DNA of 64,000 bases from Alistipes sp. (GCA_045632085.1 JAZQVY010000025.1:1541-65540); one strand, 5' to 3'. Counted from the stretch's first letter, positions 49,643 through 60,930 are shown. Numbers and translations are program-made. The notes: generated from the letters alone by a model not told the origin.

Positions 49643-51259
49643 ATGGCTGATTTCATCTATCAGGAGCCCTATCCAATCGAGAAGGACACCACCGAGTATG
49701 AGCTCGTTACAACCGACTATGTAAAGGTTGTTGAGTGCGACGGACGTAAGATTTTGAAAGTTGACCCTAAGGGTCTTGAGTTGCTTTCAAAGCGTGCTTA
49801 CAGCGACGTATCGTTCTATTTGCGCCCTGCACACTTGCAGAAGCTCGCAAACATTCTTGAGGACCCCGAGGCATCGAGCAACGACAAGTTTGTAGCCTAC
49901 ACAATGCTTATGAACCAGGCTGTGGCTGCCGAGGGCGAGCTTCCTACTTGCCAGGATACAGGTACTGCCATCTGTATCGGCCACAAGGGTGAGGATGTTT
50001 ACACAGGTGCTGACGATGCTGAGTGCATCGCAAAGGGTGTTTACGAGACTTACAAGGAGCGTAATCTGCGCTACTCTCAGGTTGTACCTTTCACAATGAC
50101 CGATGAGAAGAACTCTGGCACTAACCTCCCAGCTCAGATTGACATCTATGCTGGCCACCCAGGCTCAATGGAGTATGAGTTCCTCTTCATCACCAAGGGT
50201 GGTGGCTCTGCAAACAAGACATTCCTCTATCAGCAGACAAAGGCTCTTTTGAACGAGAATTCACTCACAGCATTCTTCAAGGAGCACTTGAAGGATTTGG
50301 GTACATCGGCTTGTCCTCCTTACCACTTGGCAGTCTGCATTGGCGGTACATCGGCTGAGATGTGTTTGTCAACAGTGAAGAAGGCTTCGGCTGGTTACCT
50401 CGACCACTTGCCAACATCAGGTAACGAGGGTGGCCGCTGCTTCCGCGATTTGGAGTGGGAGGAGAAGATCACAAAGATGTGCCAGGAGATGGGTATGGGT
50501 GCTCAGTTCGGCGGTAAGTACTATGTACACGATGTACGCGTTATCCGCGCGCCACGTCACGCTGCCAGCTGCCCAGTTGCTATCGGCGTAAGCTGCTCTG
50601 CAGACCGTAACATCAAGGCTAAGATTACTCCAGAGGGTATCTTCGTTGAGAAGTTGGAGAAGAACCCAGCACGTTTCTTGCCAGCACAGGCTCCAGCTAT
50701 GAGCCCAGCCGTTGATATCGACCTCGACGAGGGTATGGACAAGGTACGCGAGATTCTCACTCAGTATCCTATCAAGACACGTCTCAATTTGAAGGGTACG
50801 CTCATCGTAGCTCGCGACATCGCTCACGCACGCATCAAGCAGATGCTCGACGAGGGTCAGCCAATGCCTGAGTACTTCAAGAAGCACCCTGTATACTATG
50901 CTGGTCCTGCAAAGACTCCAGAGGGTATGGCTTCAGGTTCATTTGGCCCAACTACTGCAGGTCGTATGGATCCATACGTTGATCTCTTCCAGAAGGCTGG
51001 TGGTTCAATGGTTATGGTAGCTAAGGGTAACCGCTCGAAGGCCGTAACCGATGCTTGCCAGGCTAACGGCGGCTTCTACCTCGGCTCAATTGGTGGTCCA
51101 GCGGCTGTATTGGCTAAGAACTCTATCAAGAGTGTGGAGGTGGTTGACTTCCCTGAGCTCGGTATGGAGGCTGTGCGTAAGATTTATGTCGAGAACTTCC
51201 CAGCCTTTATCATCGTTGACGATAAGGGTAACGACTTCTTCGCAGATTTCGCACACTAA
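49643..51259 (+). CDS. Class I (Fe-S) fumarate hydratase
   Basis: [37 protein letters not shown]. Confidence 0.93.
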   Translation: MADFIYQEPYPIEKDTTEYELVTTDYVKVVECDGRKILKVDPKGLELLSKRAYSDVSFYLRPAHLQKLANILEDPEASSNDKFVAYTMLMNQAVAAEGELPTCQDTGTAICIGHKGEDVYTGADDAECIAKGVYETYKERNLRYSQVVPFTMTDEKNSGTNLPAQIDIYAGHPGSMEYEFLFITKGGGSANKTFLYQQTKALLNENSLTAFFKEHLKDLGTSACPPYHLAVCIGGTSAEMCLSTVKKASAGYLDHLPTSGNEGGRCFRDLEWEEKITKMCQEMGMGAQFGGKYYVHDVRVIRAPRHAASCPVAIGVSCSADRNIKAKITPEGIFVEKLEKNPARFLPAQAPAMSPAVDIDLDEGMDKVREILTQYPIKTRLNLKGTLIVARDIAHARIKQMLDEGQPMPEYFKKHPVYYAGPAKTPEGMASGSFGPTTAGRMDPYVDLFQKAGGSMVMVAKGNRSKAVTDACQANGGFYLGSIGGPAAVLAKNSIKSVEVVDFPELGMEAVRKIYVENFPAFIIVDDKGNDFFADFAH

Positions 51260-51280
51260 TAAAATTTCACAATAAAAGAG

Positions 51281-51311
51281 TTTTGCGCCTCGCAATGGGG
51301 CGCAAAATTTT
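51281..51311 (+). terminator. Terminator after fumarase
   Basis: TTTTGCGCCTC gcaat GGGGCGCAAAA followed by T-runs. Confidence 0.7.
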
Positions 51312-51421
51312 GTTTTTCAGCCTCGCGGCAAAATAAATGCGGGGCTTGTTACGTTCTAGTGTGTAACAGTTTCTCGCACACGCGTGCGAAGCTCAGCTCG
51401 AAGCAGAACGAAATGATAGTT

Positions 51422-53272
51422 ATGAAAAGAATAGAGAGATTTTTCAGACACATCGCACTCACCTTTGCAGCCCTCTTTGTGTGGACTGCAGCACTGGCCG
51501 ATGGAACAACCACCTTCGAGATAAGCACTCCAATGATGGTTGCCACAGGCGAGATGTTTAGGGTGGAGTTTACCCTCACCAACGGCAATGCCGAGAACGG
51601 CTCCTTCAAGGCCCCCGACTTCGGAGGACTCGACGTATTGGCAGGCCCTGTCACATCGCAAGGCCGCTCGGTGCAGATTGTAAACGGCAACCGCAGCTCC
51701 ACAACCACAATGAGCATCTCATATACCGTTGTGGCGCAGAAGGAGGGCAACATCACCATCGGTGCTGCGGAGATCGTCTCCGACGGCAAGACCTACCGCA
51801 CCAAGGCTACGCCTATCGAGGTGGTGAAACAGGACACTCAGAAGCAGGAGGCCGCAGCCGCTCAGCACGGCACAGCCGTTCAGAATCAGCTGGCAGAAGA
51901 CGACATCCTGCTCAAGATGAATCTCTCTCGCACAACAGTCTACAAAGGCGAGCCTATTCGTGCTTCGCTCACACTCTACACTCGTGCCAGCATCGCAGGT
52001 TTCGAGAATGTGAAGCTCCCATCGTTCAACGGTTTCTGGTCGCAGGAGTTGCCTACCGACAACTATCAGGCAGAGCGCGTAAATGAGAATGGCAAGATTT
52101 ACAACTCACAGATTATCAAGGAGTACTTGCTCTACCCACAGCAGAGTGGCCAGGTGACAATCGAGTCAACCGACCTTACGGCCATTGCGCAGGTGGTGGT
52201 TCGCAGCAACCGCAACTTCGACCCATTCTTCGGAGGTGGCAACGAGGTCTACAACGTGCGTCGAGCGCTCTCGACCGGCAAAATCAATGTGACTGTAAAC
52301 GAGCTCCCTGCTGGCGCTCCCGCCTCATTTAAGGGTGCTGTAGGTTCGTTTACAATCTCATCTACCCCACCCGCAACCGAGCTCAAGGCCAACTCAGCCG
52401 CAACCTATACGGTAAGAATCTCGGGTACGGGTAACTTCTCGTTTATCCAGGCGCCAACACTCTCGCTGCCTACATCGTTTGAGCAGTACAACGTCCGCAA
52501 CACCGAGTCAATTCGCTCTACCACTGCGGGCATGACAGGTTTCCGCCAATTTGAGTATCCGTTTATTGCTCGTGCCGAGGGCGATTATAACATTGCCCCC
52601 GTTGAGTTCTCATACTTTAGTCCCGAAAAGGGAGTATACGTGACTCTCTCGACTGATCCACTCGATATGAAGGTTTCGCCCGACACATCAGCCGGCGCAA
52701 CACAGACTCCCCAGGTTGTGAGTTCAGCCTCATCGAAGGAGGATGTGCGTCAGCTCGGCAGCGATATCCGTTTCATCAAGCTGGGACGCCCCGCTCTGCG
52801 CACAACTGCAGCACCGCTGATGCTCAGTGGTACATATTTCTTGATTGTAGCACTACTATTGGTGATGTTCATCGTGGCCTACTTCACACTTCGCCAGCAA
52901 ATCCGCAACAGCAAGAACAGTGTTCTGGTGCGTAACCGCCGAGCCAACAAGGTGGCCGTGCAGCGATTCCGCGCAGCCGAGAAGTTTATGAAAGAGGGTA
53001 ATCGCCATTCGTTCTTCGAAGAGATGTTGCGTGCATTGTGGGGTTATATGGGCGACAAGCTCAATATCCCTGTTGCTGACCTCACGAAGGAGGGTATCCG
53101 CGAGGAGTTGCAGCGTCGAGGCATCGAGCCTACCGAGGCCCAGCATTTCACCGACATCATCACACGTTGCGACGAAGCTCAGTATTCACCAGCCGAATCG
53201 GTGCAGATGGACGATGTGTATACCGACGGTGTAAACATCATCTCACACATCGAATCGAGAATTAAACGATAG
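51422..53272 (+). CDS. batD: BatD family protein
   Basis: F.VLAGP..S, VYKGEP, FNGFW, F.GAVG.F, I.G.GN, DIRFIK, late TM helix, ALWGY..DKL. Confidence 0.85.
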   Translation: MKRIERFFRHIALTFAALFVWTAALADGTTTFEISTPMMVATGEMFRVEFTLTNGNAENGSFKAPDFGGLDVLAGPVTSQGRSVQIVNGNRSSTTTMSISYTVVAQKEGNITIGAAEIVSDGKTYRTKATPIEVVKQDTQKQEAAAAQHGTAVQNQLAEDDILLKMNLSRTTVYKGEPIRASLTLYTRASIAGFENVKLPSFNGFWSQELPTDNYQAERVNENGKIYNSQIIKEYLLYPQQSGQVTIESTDLTAIAQVVVRSNRNFDPFFGGGNEVYNVRRALSTGKINVTVNELPAGAPASFKGAVGSFTISSTPPATELKANSAATYTVRISGTGNFSFIQAPTLSLPTSFEQYNVRNTESIRSTTAGMTGFRQFEYPFIARAEGDYNIAPVEFSYFSPEKGVYVTLSTDPLDMKVSPDTSAGATQTPQVVSSASSKEDVRQLGSDIRFIKLGRPALRTTAAPLMLSGTYFLIVALLLVMFIVAYFTLRQQIRNSKNSVLVRNRRANKVAVQRFRAAEKFMKEGNRHSFFEEMLRALWGYMGDKLNIPVADLTKEGIREELQRRGIEPTEAQHFTDIITRCDEAQYSPAESVQMDDVYTDGVNIISHIESRIKR

Positions 53273-53277
53273 CAACT

Positions 53278-54126
53278 ATGAGACTTCTTACGATTATATT
53301 TTCACTGCTTATATCTGTTTCTGCCTTTGCGCAGGAGGGCGCAGCACAGGGTGGCGCTGAGCAGACTACCACACCTACGTCTGCCAACGAGACAGCCGCC
53401 GAGCCAACCGCAACCGAACCCACAACAACCGATGCCGAGGAGTTGTGGGATATGGCCAATTTGGCCTATAACGAGGGTAACTTCGAGAAGGCTGCCGCAA
53501 CCTATGAGCAGATCCTCTCGCAGAATCTCCACTCAGCAGCACTCTACTACAACCTGGCCAACGCCTACTTCAAGCAGGGCGAGCTGGGCAAGGCTCTTTT
53601 GAACTACAACCGCGCTTCACGCATTGCCCCTGGCGACGAGGATATCCGCCACAATCAGGAGTACGCCGAGAAGATGACCAAGGATAGCATCGAGAAGATT
53701 CCAGAATTTTTCCTTATTACCTGGCTTCGTTCGGTGCGTGGTGCAATGAGCTGCACAGCGTGGACCGTGCTCTCGATTGTGATGCTGGCCATTGCACTCG
53801 TTATGGCTCTGCTATATCTTTTGGCACAGCGTATGTCGCTCCGCAAGGTGGGCTTCTACACTATGGCTGTGGCTGTGGTGCTCTTTATTGCAACCTCTGC
53901 CTTCGCAATCAGCGAACGCAACCAGCTTGTGGGTCGCTCGGAGGCTATCGTGATGAGCACAGCAGCATCGGTCAAGAGCTCTCCCGACCGCTCAGCAACA
54001 GAGCTTTTCGTTCTGCACGAGGGCACAAAGGTCTCAATCGGCGAGACCACCGATGGCTGGGCCGAGGTACGTATTGCCGACGGTCGCAAGGGTTGGATTG
54101 AAGATAAACGAATTGAACGCATTTAG
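53278..54126 (+). CDS. batE: BatE-like TPR + SH3 protein
   Basis: TPRs (YYNLANAYFK), two TM helices, LFVLHEGTKV...W..V.IADG.KGWI. Confidence 0.85.
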   Translation: MRLLTIIFSLLISVSAFAQEGAAQGGAEQTTTPTSANETAAEPTATEPTTTDAEELWDMANLAYNEGNFEKAAATYEQILSQNLHSAALYYNLANAYFKQGELGKALLNYNRASRIAPGDEDIRHNQEYAEKMTKDSIEKIPEFFLITWLRSVRGAMSCTAWTVLSIVMLAIALVMALLYLLAQRMSLRKVGFYTMAVAVVLFIATSAFAISERNQLVGRSEAIVMSTAASVKSSPDRSATELFVLHEGTKVSIGETTDGWAEVRIADGRKGWIEDKRIERI

Positions 54127-54128
54127 CT

Positions 54129-54725
54129 ATGTCGAAGTTGCTTCAAGATGCCGTTTCGGAGTTCTCGCGCCTACCAGGCATAGGCCGTCGCACAGCATTG
54201 CGTCTGGCTATGCACCTGCTCAAGATGGAGCGTGAGGAGGTTGCGCAGATGACGCAGGCCATATCGCGATTTCGCAACGAGATTCGCCACTGCTCGGAGT
54301 GTAACAACCTCTCCGATTCGGAGCGTTGCCCCATCTGCCAGAATCCCGAGCGTGACCACTCTACCATCTGCGTTGTGGAGCAGGTGGGCGATTTGATGTC
54401 GATCGAGAACACCCGCCAGTATCGTGGAATATACCACGTCTTGGGTGGCGTTATCTCGCCTATGCAGGGGGTTGGTCCGTCGGATTTGAAGATTGATATG
54501 CTGGTCGAGAAGGTTGCAGCAGGGGGTGTGAAGGAGGTTATTTTAGCCATCTCCACTTCGGTCGAGGGCGAGACCACACTATTCTATATAATGAATCGTC
54601 TGAAGAAATACCCCTCGGTGAAGGTTACGACCATCGCCCGAGGCATCGGCTTTGGCGACGAGTTGGAGTATGTCGATGAGCTCACCATCACCCACGCGCT
54701 TCTAAACCGTCGCATAGTGGAGTAG
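54129..54725 (+). CDS. recR: Recombination mediator RecR
   Basis: LPGIGRRTA.RLA, C4 zinc finger, YHVLGG.ISP, VEGETT. Confidence 0.95.
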   Translation: MSKLLQDAVSEFSRLPGIGRRTALRLAMHLLKMEREEVAQMTQAISRFRNEIRHCSECNNLSDSERCPICQNPERDHSTICVVEQVGDLMSIENTRQYRGIYHVLGGVISPMQGVGPSDLKIDMLVEKVAAGGVKEVILAISTSVEGETTLFYIMNRLKKYPSVKVTTIARGIGFGDELEYVDELTITHALLNRRIVE

Positions 54726-54752
54726 CAAAACCGCAAAACAGACTCAAACAAC

Positions 54753-54792
54753 AATTGCAATCGCCAAAAATCAAGCGGTTGCAATTTTTTTT
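54753..54792 (+). terminator. Terminator after recR
   Basis: AATTGCAATCGC...GCGGTTGCAATT plus T-run. Confidence 0.7.
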
Positions 54793-54888
54793 ACAATTTT
54801 ATGTAACTTAGATGTTACAAATCACCCTCCCCGTCGTACTATATACGCAACAAGCGCAGAAAAGGCAACGACAGAACAATAGACCCAG

Positions 54889-55395
54889 ATGAATATCGAA
54901 GAGTTTAATAATGAATTTCTCCAATTCAAGGATACGGCATACCGCTATGCCGTAGCTCTTCTGCACGATAGCTCTGCGGCCGAAGATGCCACGCAAGACC
55001 TCTACGAAAAGCTCTGGCGCAGGCGACTCTTTATCCGCCGAGGGCGATTCAAATCGCTTCTGCTGGTCTCGATTCGCAACATATGCCTCGATGTGTTGCG
55101 CCATCGAAGTCGAGAACGTGAGAGGATAGCGGCAGAATCAACCTCCATCGCTTTCGACGATGATTCTGCCAAAGATGACTCCACCGAGAGTATGGCCGAA
55201 CTTGCCCGCCGACTGATTCGCAACCTGCCTGAACGAGAACGTGAGGCGATGCACCTAAGAGATTGCGAGGGGCTGGAATTCGATGAGATAGCGGCCATCA
55301 CCCACCAAAGCGAGGCGGCAGTAAGAGTGGCAGTGAGCCGCGCACGACAAAAAGTGAAACAACAACTATTAAATATCATAAACAATGGACAATAG
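54889..55395 (+). CDS. ECF-type RNA polymerase sigma factor
   Basis: AEDATQDLYEKLW, RNICLD.LR, LPERERE...LR..EGL.F.EIA, VR..VSRAR. Confidence 0.9.
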   Translation: MNIEEFNNEFLQFKDTAYRYAVALLHDSSAAEDATQDLYEKLWRRRLFIRRGRFKSLLLVSIRNICLDVLRHRSRERERIAAESTSIAFDDDSAKDDSTESMAELARRLIRNLPEREREAMHLRDCEGLEFDEIAAITHQSEAAVRVAVSRARQKVKQQLLNIINNGQ

Positions 55396-55813
55396 ATTAC
55401 TTTCAGAGCTTTGTGAGCGATACCTCGCTGGCACAACTTCGCTCAACGAAGAGCAAGTCTTGCGCCAAGCATTGCTGCACCTCGATGCTGATATGCTCAG
55501 CCCAGATATGCAGGCTGTTAAGGTTATGTTGGAGGTTGCGGATGAGCGCCACGCCGAGCGCACCTTTGTCCGTCTGCACACCCCTCAAAAAGTTTCGTGG
55601 CGCATAAAACTTGCCACAGCCGCAGCGGTAATAGCGATTATGCTTATACCGATTTACAAACTATCGCAACCCACCGTCTATGGTTACTATAACGGCGAGC
55701 CTATCACCTCGCTTGCTGAGGCGCAGGCTCACGCCCAGGATATATTCAACAACTTAGCACAGGCCGAACTGCCACAGATGAACTCGCTGGAGAATCTGTT
55801 TGAATTGAACTAA
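55385..55813 (+). CDS. Probable anti-sigma factor
   Basis: L.ERY..G.TSL.EE..L N-terminal motif, single TM helix, overlaps the sigma stop. Confidence 0.7.
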   Translation: MDNRLLSELCERYLAGTTSLNEEQVLRQALLHLDADMLSPDMQAVKVMLEVADERHAERTFVRLHTPQKVSWRIKLATAAAVIAIMLIPIYKLSQPTVYGYYNGEPITSLAEAQAHAQDIFNNLAQAELPQMNSLENLFELN

Positions 55814-55864
55814 TCACGCAAAAAAAACGATACAAACAATCAACTTAAAAATATAAATTAGATT

Positions 55865-56704
55865 ATGAAAAAGATTTTTCTTCTAACCCTTGTTGCCGTT
55901 TCGCTCTTCGGCATTAGCAACTCTACTCAAGCTCAAAATTTCAAGTTGGGCATCGATGGTTTGACCTTCAAATACAACGACAAGGATGTCCCTCTCTCGG
56001 AAATGGCCATTGAGGAGGCATCGGAGGATAGCAACACTCGCGTTAAATTGACGCCCTGCATAAATGTAAGCAAGACAAAGCTTTATGTATGGACAAATGG
56101 CATCTCATCGATTCCGACGCTCGAGCTGGGTTGGAATGTACTCTCGAATGTGGGTTACAACGCCTATGCTGACGCTTCGGTTGGCAATTTCTTCCAAATT
56201 CGCGAGTGGAAATCGATGCAGGTGACGGTCAATCTGCTCAACTTCAACGCCTACAACCGACTCCACAAGGTGGGCTTCTCGGCAGCACTCGGTATTCGCT
56301 CCAACGACTACCGCCTGACCCCAAGCCAATCGTGGCAGAAGGTCGATGGTGTGATTATGCCTTATGAGATTGAGCCATACAATGGCCGCTCGTCGAAAAA
56401 GAGCAAGTTCAACATCGCATCGCTGCATATCCCTATGGAAGTGACATTTGGCAACCCTCGCCGATTTGCATTCTCGGTGGGTGGCTATGCCGATTTGGTG
56501 ATGAACTCCCACACGAAAATAAAGTATCACGGTGGCCACAAGGAGAAGGTGCATAACTTCCCCACCAACTTTATTCAGGCGGGTGCTACGGCTCGTGTGA
56601 GCTTCCACGACTTCTCGATATTCTGCTCATATCAGCCCACCCAAATCTTCAAAACAGGTCGTGGCCCCGAAGCTCAGCAATGGACAATTGGTATTGGATT
56701 CTAA
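55865..56704 (+). CDS. Outer membrane beta-barrel (PorT/porin-like) protein
   Basis: Signal peptide, KSK....L.IP, C-terminal TIGIGF. Confidence 0.7.
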   Translation: MKKIFLLTLVAVSLFGISNSTQAQNFKLGIDGLTFKYNDKDVPLSEMAIEEASEDSNTRVKLTPCINVSKTKLYVWTNGISSIPTLELGWNVLSNVGYNAYADASVGNFFQIREWKSMQVTVNLLNFNAYNRLHKVGFSAALGIRSNDYRLTPSQSWQKVDGVIMPYEIEPYNGRSSKKSKFNIASLHIPMEVTFGNPRRFAFSVGGYADLVMNSHTKIKYHGGHKEKVHNFPTNFIQAGATARVSFHDFSIFCSYQPTQIFKTGRGPEAQQWTIGIGF

Positions 56705-56716
56705 AATATACGCCTT

Positions 56717-57256
56717 ATGAAAAGATTTTTTATTATATTTGTAATGCTTGTAGCAATAGGCTCGGCATACGAAGGTAAGGCGCAGAAAAAGGTATTCCTT
56801 AATGAATACAACCGTTTACTGCAATGGCAAACTAACCCAATACATGCCCGAACAATAGAATTAACCCATTTTACGGGTGAAATGTTGCAGATAATGGTTA
56901 AAAGCGACGACTCCAAAACCCAAAATATGATAAAACGAATAAATTCGATTTATCAAATAAAAATAAAAGACAATACACCGGGTACAGGCGGTAATGTTAT
57001 TAGCACACTAAAACGTATCACTCGGGAAGGCAAATATGATTTAGCTGGAATATTTACCACCAATGGTGTAAAATATGAGATATATAGAACTGCTCTTAGA
57101 GATTTGAACGAGTATCTGATATTTATATCAAGCGGCAAGCAGTCTCTAGTGTGCGATATCTATGGTGCTGTTGGCTACAAAGAGATACTATCAATGATTA
57201 GCCCATCGCTACCGCAAAAGAATGATTTACAGATTGATACACTAAATACAAATTAG
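56717..57256 (+). CDS. DUF4252-like secreted protein
   Basis: Signal peptide, ..MLQ, I.SI.I, EYLIF, V.DI.G pattern; usual partner of this ECF cluster; AT-rich. Confidence 0.45.
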   Translation: MKRFFIIFVMLVAIGSAYEGKAQKKVFLNEYNRLLQWQTNPIHARTIELTHFTGEMLQIMVKSDDSKTQNMIKRINSIYQIKIKDNTPGTGGNVISTLKRITREGKYDLAGIFTTNGVKYEIYRTALRDLNEYLIFISSGKQSLVCDIYGAVGYKEILSMISPSLPQKNDLQIDTLNTN

Positions 57257-57257
57257 T

Positions 57258-58172
57258 ATGAAACGACTTTTCTCGCTTATTCTCTGCGTGGCCTTGTGTG
57301 CCACTGCTGCCGATGCTTCGGCCAAGCGTAACCCCGATGCCAATGGCGATGGAGTGCTTCGCATCTTGGCCATCGGCAACAGCTTCTCGGACGATGGTAT
57401 GGAGCATCTGCCCGCCTTGTTGGAAAATATGGGCATCAAAAAGGTTGAGTTAGCCCGCCTCTATGTGGGTGGCTGCTCGGTGGAACGCCACATGCAGTTC
57501 TTCGACAAGCAGCAGTCGGCCTACACCTTCTATACCTCGAAGGCAGGCGAGAATAAGTGGGTAAAGCACGCCGAAAAACGCTCTATCCAGTCGGCATTGG
57601 CTATGGGCGAGTGGGACGTTATCACTATGCAGCAGGCATCGGGTTATTCGGGCCAGTACGAGACCATCAAGCCCCACTTGGAGCGATTGGTAGCTGTAGT
57701 GAAGAAGGCACAGCCACAGGCCCACCTTGCGTGGCATATCACCTGGTCGTACTCAACCGAGAGCAAGCACCAGCACTTCCCCCACTACGACAACTCGCAG
57801 TCTAAGATGGACGCCGCCATTATGCAGGCGGTAATGCAGATTCGTAGCGACTTCGACTGCTTCGACTACTTTATTCCATCGGGTACTGCGATTCGTATGC
57901 TTCGCCTCTCGCCTGTGAACAACGCCCCCAAGGATTTCACTCGCGACGGCTACCACCTCGACTACGGCGCTGGCCGATATGCCGCTGCTTGCGTGTGGTA
58001 TGAGACTTTGGTGCGCCCATTCGACGGCGAAAAGGTCTCGACCTCAACGCTCGAAATCCACGACAAGGGCATCTTGAAGGCCGAGGGTGAGTGTGCCGCC
58101 TACTGCCGCCGTGCTGCCGAGCTGGCCGCCAAGAAGCCATTTAAGGTACGCCCCGTAAAGGTAAAACGATAA
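57258..58172 (+). CDS. DUF4886 / SGNH-like hydrolase
   Basis: ILAIGNSFS, LYVGGCS, WDVITMQQAS, TWSY, RDGYHL. Confidence 0.8.
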   Translation: MKRLFSLILCVALCATAADASAKRNPDANGDGVLRILAIGNSFSDDGMEHLPALLENMGIKKVELARLYVGGCSVERHMQFFDKQQSAYTFYTSKAGENKWVKHAEKRSIQSALAMGEWDVITMQQASGYSGQYETIKPHLERLVAVVKKAQPQAHLAWHITWSYSTESKHQHFPHYDNSQSKMDAAIMQAVMQIRSDFDCFDYFIPSGTAIRMLRLSPVNNAPKDFTRDGYHLDYGAGRYAAACVWYETLVRPFDGEKVSTSTLEIHDKGILKAEGECAAYCRRAAELAAKKPFKVRPVKVKR

Positions 58173-58235
58173 GGAAATTAAGGAGTTTAGGGAATATAAG
58201 GAAAACTAATTTCTCTAAATTCCCTAAATTCCCTA
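58170..58235. repeat. Nonamer tandem repeats arranged as a fold-back
   Basis: TAAGGAAAT TAAGGAGTT TAGGGAATA TAAGGAAAA then ATTTCTCTA AATTCCCTA AATTCCCTA. Confidence 0.75.
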
Positions 58236-58247
58236 TTAAATAAAGCT

Positions 58248-58329
58248 TGAAATCCTCACATACTATGCGTATGTGAGGATTTCAGGTATAAGGCAGATGC
58301 CAAAAGAGCCCATTAGATGCGTTCTCTTA
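58248..58329 (+). repeat. Rearranged ERIC/RPE-like element abutting the clpB stop
   Basis: Perfect 16-bp IR TGAAATCCTCACATAC/GTATGTGAGGATTTCA, then GATGCCAAAAGAGCCCATTAGATGCGTTCTC-TTA. Confidence 0.8.
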
Positions 58330-60930
58330 ATTGTGGAACACCAATCGCTCCCCATCAGCATCAATCACGATCTCTCGCTCGCTCGACACCTCACCCGCAA
58401 GTATTCGCTTCGAGAGGTCGTTCACCACCTCGCGCTGGATAACTCGCTTTACCGGGCGTGCGCCATACATCGCATCGTATCCCAAACGAGCTATGAGTTG
58501 CTTTGCCGCAGGGGTGTAGCTCAGCGTAATGCCGTTGTGAGCCAACATACGCTTTATGATGCCCATCTGAATATCTACAATCTGCTCAATATCACCTCGC
58601 GTGAGCGGCTCAAACATCACAATCTCGTCGATACGATTCAAGAACTCTGGCTTGAGGTGCGTCTTCAAGAGCTCCACCACATCTTCGCGTGTGCGCTCCA
58701 CCACCTCGGCAGAAATCTGCTCGCCATCGAATCCGTGTGAGAAATTCTCCTGAATGATGTGTGAGCCCATATTCGAGGTCATAATAATTATCGTGTTGCG
58801 GAAATCGACTGTGCGACCCTTGTTGTCCGTAAGGCGGCCATCGTCAAGCACCTGCAACAGAATGTTGAACACATCGGGATGTGCCTTTTCGATCTCGTCG
58901 AGCAGTACCACCGAGTAGGGCTTACGTCGAACAGCCTCGGTCAGCTGGCCACCCTCATCATAACCCACATATCCCGGAGGCGCACCCACCAAGCGCGATA
59001 CGCTGTGGCGCTCCTGATACTCGCTCATATCTATTCGCGTAAGCATTGAGTCGTCGTTGAAGAGGAACTCGGCCAGAGCCTTTGCAAGCTCGGTCTTACC
59101 CACTCCTGTTGTGCCGAGGAAGATGAACGAGCCGATAGGTTTGCGGCCATCGCTCAATCCTGCACGCGAGCGGCGCACAGCATCGGAGATAACCTCGATA
59201 GCCTGCTGCTGACCCACCACTCGGCGGTGCAACTCGCTCTCCATATTGAGCAACTTCTCTCGCTCCGATGCCAACATACGCTGTACGGGGATTCCAGTCC
59301 AACGCGATACTACCTCGGCTATATCCTGCGAATCGACCTCCTCCTTAATCATAGCATCGCCACCCGCAGCAGTCATACGCAGCTGCTCCTGCAAGGCCTC
59401 AATCTGCTTCTCAGCCTCGACAATCTTGCCATAGCGAATCTCGGCCACACGACCGTAGTCGCCAGCACGCTCCGCCTGCTGAGCCTCGATTTTCAGATGC
59501 TCGATAGAGTCCTTGTTCTGCTGAATCTTCTGCAAGAGGTCACGCTCTCCCTGCCACTTGGCTCTTAGTGCCGCCTCCTTCGACTTTTGCTCCTCAATCT
59601 CGCGGGTGAGTGTCTCCACTCGCTTAGTGTCGTTCTCACGGCGAATAGCCTCACGCTCAATTTCGAGCTGACGGATACGGCGGTCGAGAGTATCAATCTC
59701 CTCGGGCACCGAGTTCATCTCCAAGCGCAGGTGTGCCGCAGCCTCATCGATAAGGTCAATCGCCTTATCGGGCAGGAAGCGAGAGGTTATATAGCGATGC
59801 GAAAGCTCAACGGCTGCAATGATAGCCTCGTCCTTGATACGCACCTGATGATGATTCTCGTATCGCTCCTTCAGGCCTCGCAGGATAGAGATGGCATCTT
59901 CGGTGGTTGGCTCATCGACCAAAACCTTCTGGAAACGACGCTCCAGAGCCTTATCCTGCTCAAAATATTTCTGGAACTCATCGAGCGTAGTAGCTCCGAT
60001 GGTACGAAGCTCGCCACGAGCCAATGCAGGCTTGAGAATATTGGCGGCATCCATAGCTCCGTTCGACTTACCGGCGCCAACAAGTGTGTGAATCTCATCG
60101 ATAAAGAGCAGAATCTCGCCGTCGCTGGCTATGACCTCCTGCACCACGCCCTTCAGACGCTCCTCGAATTCACCCTGATACTTCGCTCCTGCAACCAAAG
60201 CACCCATATCGAGCGAGAAGATAGACTTCGACTTGAGGTTTTCGGGTACATCACCATTTACAATACGGTGGGCAATACCCTCGGCAATGGCGGTCTTACC
60301 AACACCGGCCTCTCCAACGAGGATAGGGTTGTTCTTTGTTCGGCGCGAGAGAATCTGCAACACTCGGCGAATCTCCTCGTCGCGACCGATTACTGGATCG
60401 AGCTTGCCATTGCGGGCCTGCTCGTTGAGATTTATGGCGTATTTACCGAGCGCATTGAACTCCTGCGATGAGGTCTGCGAATCGACAGTAGCTCCTTTGC
60501 GGAACTCGCGAATGGCGGCAATCAAATCCTTCTCGGTGGCACCATTGCGCTTGAGCATATCGGCCGCAGCTCCTCGCTCGGCAACAAGGCCCAGTACCAG
60601 ATGCTCAACCGAAGCGTAGCGGTCGTTGAAGGTGCGGGTGAAATCCACAGCACGCTGAATAACCTTCGATGTATCGCCCGAAAAGTACTGCTCGCCATTA
60701 CCGCCAGAAACGCGTGGGAGTGAATCCACAGCCGAGCGAACCTCATCGCGCAACATCTTTACATTCACACCCACTCTACCCAGCAGAAATGCTGCAAGTG
60801 AATCGTCCTCAGAAATCATAGCATTGAGCAGGTGCATAGGCTCAACAGCCTGCTGACCACGCTCGCGAGCAAGCGATATTGCACTCTGCAACACCTCTTG
60901 CGCTTTGATGGTTAATGTGTTGATGTTCAT
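58327..60930 (-). CDS. clpB: ATP-dependent chaperone ClpB
   Basis: [21 protein letters not shown], coiled-coil middle domain, [24 protein letters not shown]. Confidence 0.97.
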   Translation of the reverse strand: MNINTLTIKAQEVLQSAISLARERGQQAVEPMHLLNAMISEDDSLAAFLLGRVGVNVKMLRDEVRSAVDSLPRVSGGNGEQYFSGDTSKVIQRAVDFTRTFNDRYASVEHLVLGLVAERGAAADMLKRNGATEKDLIAAIREFRKGATVDSQTSSQEFNALGKYAINLNEQARNGKLDPVIGRDEEIRRVLQILSRRTKNNPILVGEAGVGKTAIAEGIAHRIVNGDVPENLKSKSIFSLDMGALVAGAKYQGEFEERLKGVVQEVIASDGEILLFIDEIHTLVGAGKSNGAMDAANILKPALARGELRTIGATTLDEFQKYFEQDKALERRFQKVLVDEPTTEDAISILRGLKERYENHHQVRIKDEAIIAAVELSHRYITSRFLPDKAIDLIDEAAAHLRLEMNSVPEEIDTLDRRIRQLEIEREAIRRENDTKRVETLTREIEEQKSKEAALRAKWQGERDLLQKIQQNKDSIEHLKIEAQQAERAGDYGRVAEIRYGKIVEAEKQIEALQEQLRMTAAGGDAMIKEEVDSQDIAEVVSRWTGIPVQRMLASEREKLLNMESELHRRVVGQQQAIEVISDAVRRSRAGLSDGRKPIGSFIFLGTTGVGKTELAKALAEFLFNDDSMLTRIDMSEYQERHSVSRLVGAPPGYVGYDEGGQLTEAVRRKPYSVVLLDEIEKAHPDVFNILLQVLDDGRLTDNKGRTVDFRNTIIIMTSNMGSHIIQENFSHGFDGEQISAEVVERTREDVVELLKTHLKPEFLNRIDEIVMFEPLTRGDIEQIVDIQMGIIKRMLAHNGITLSYTPAAKQLIARLGYDAMYGARPVKRVIQREVVNDLSKRILAGEVSSEREIVIDADGERLVFHN

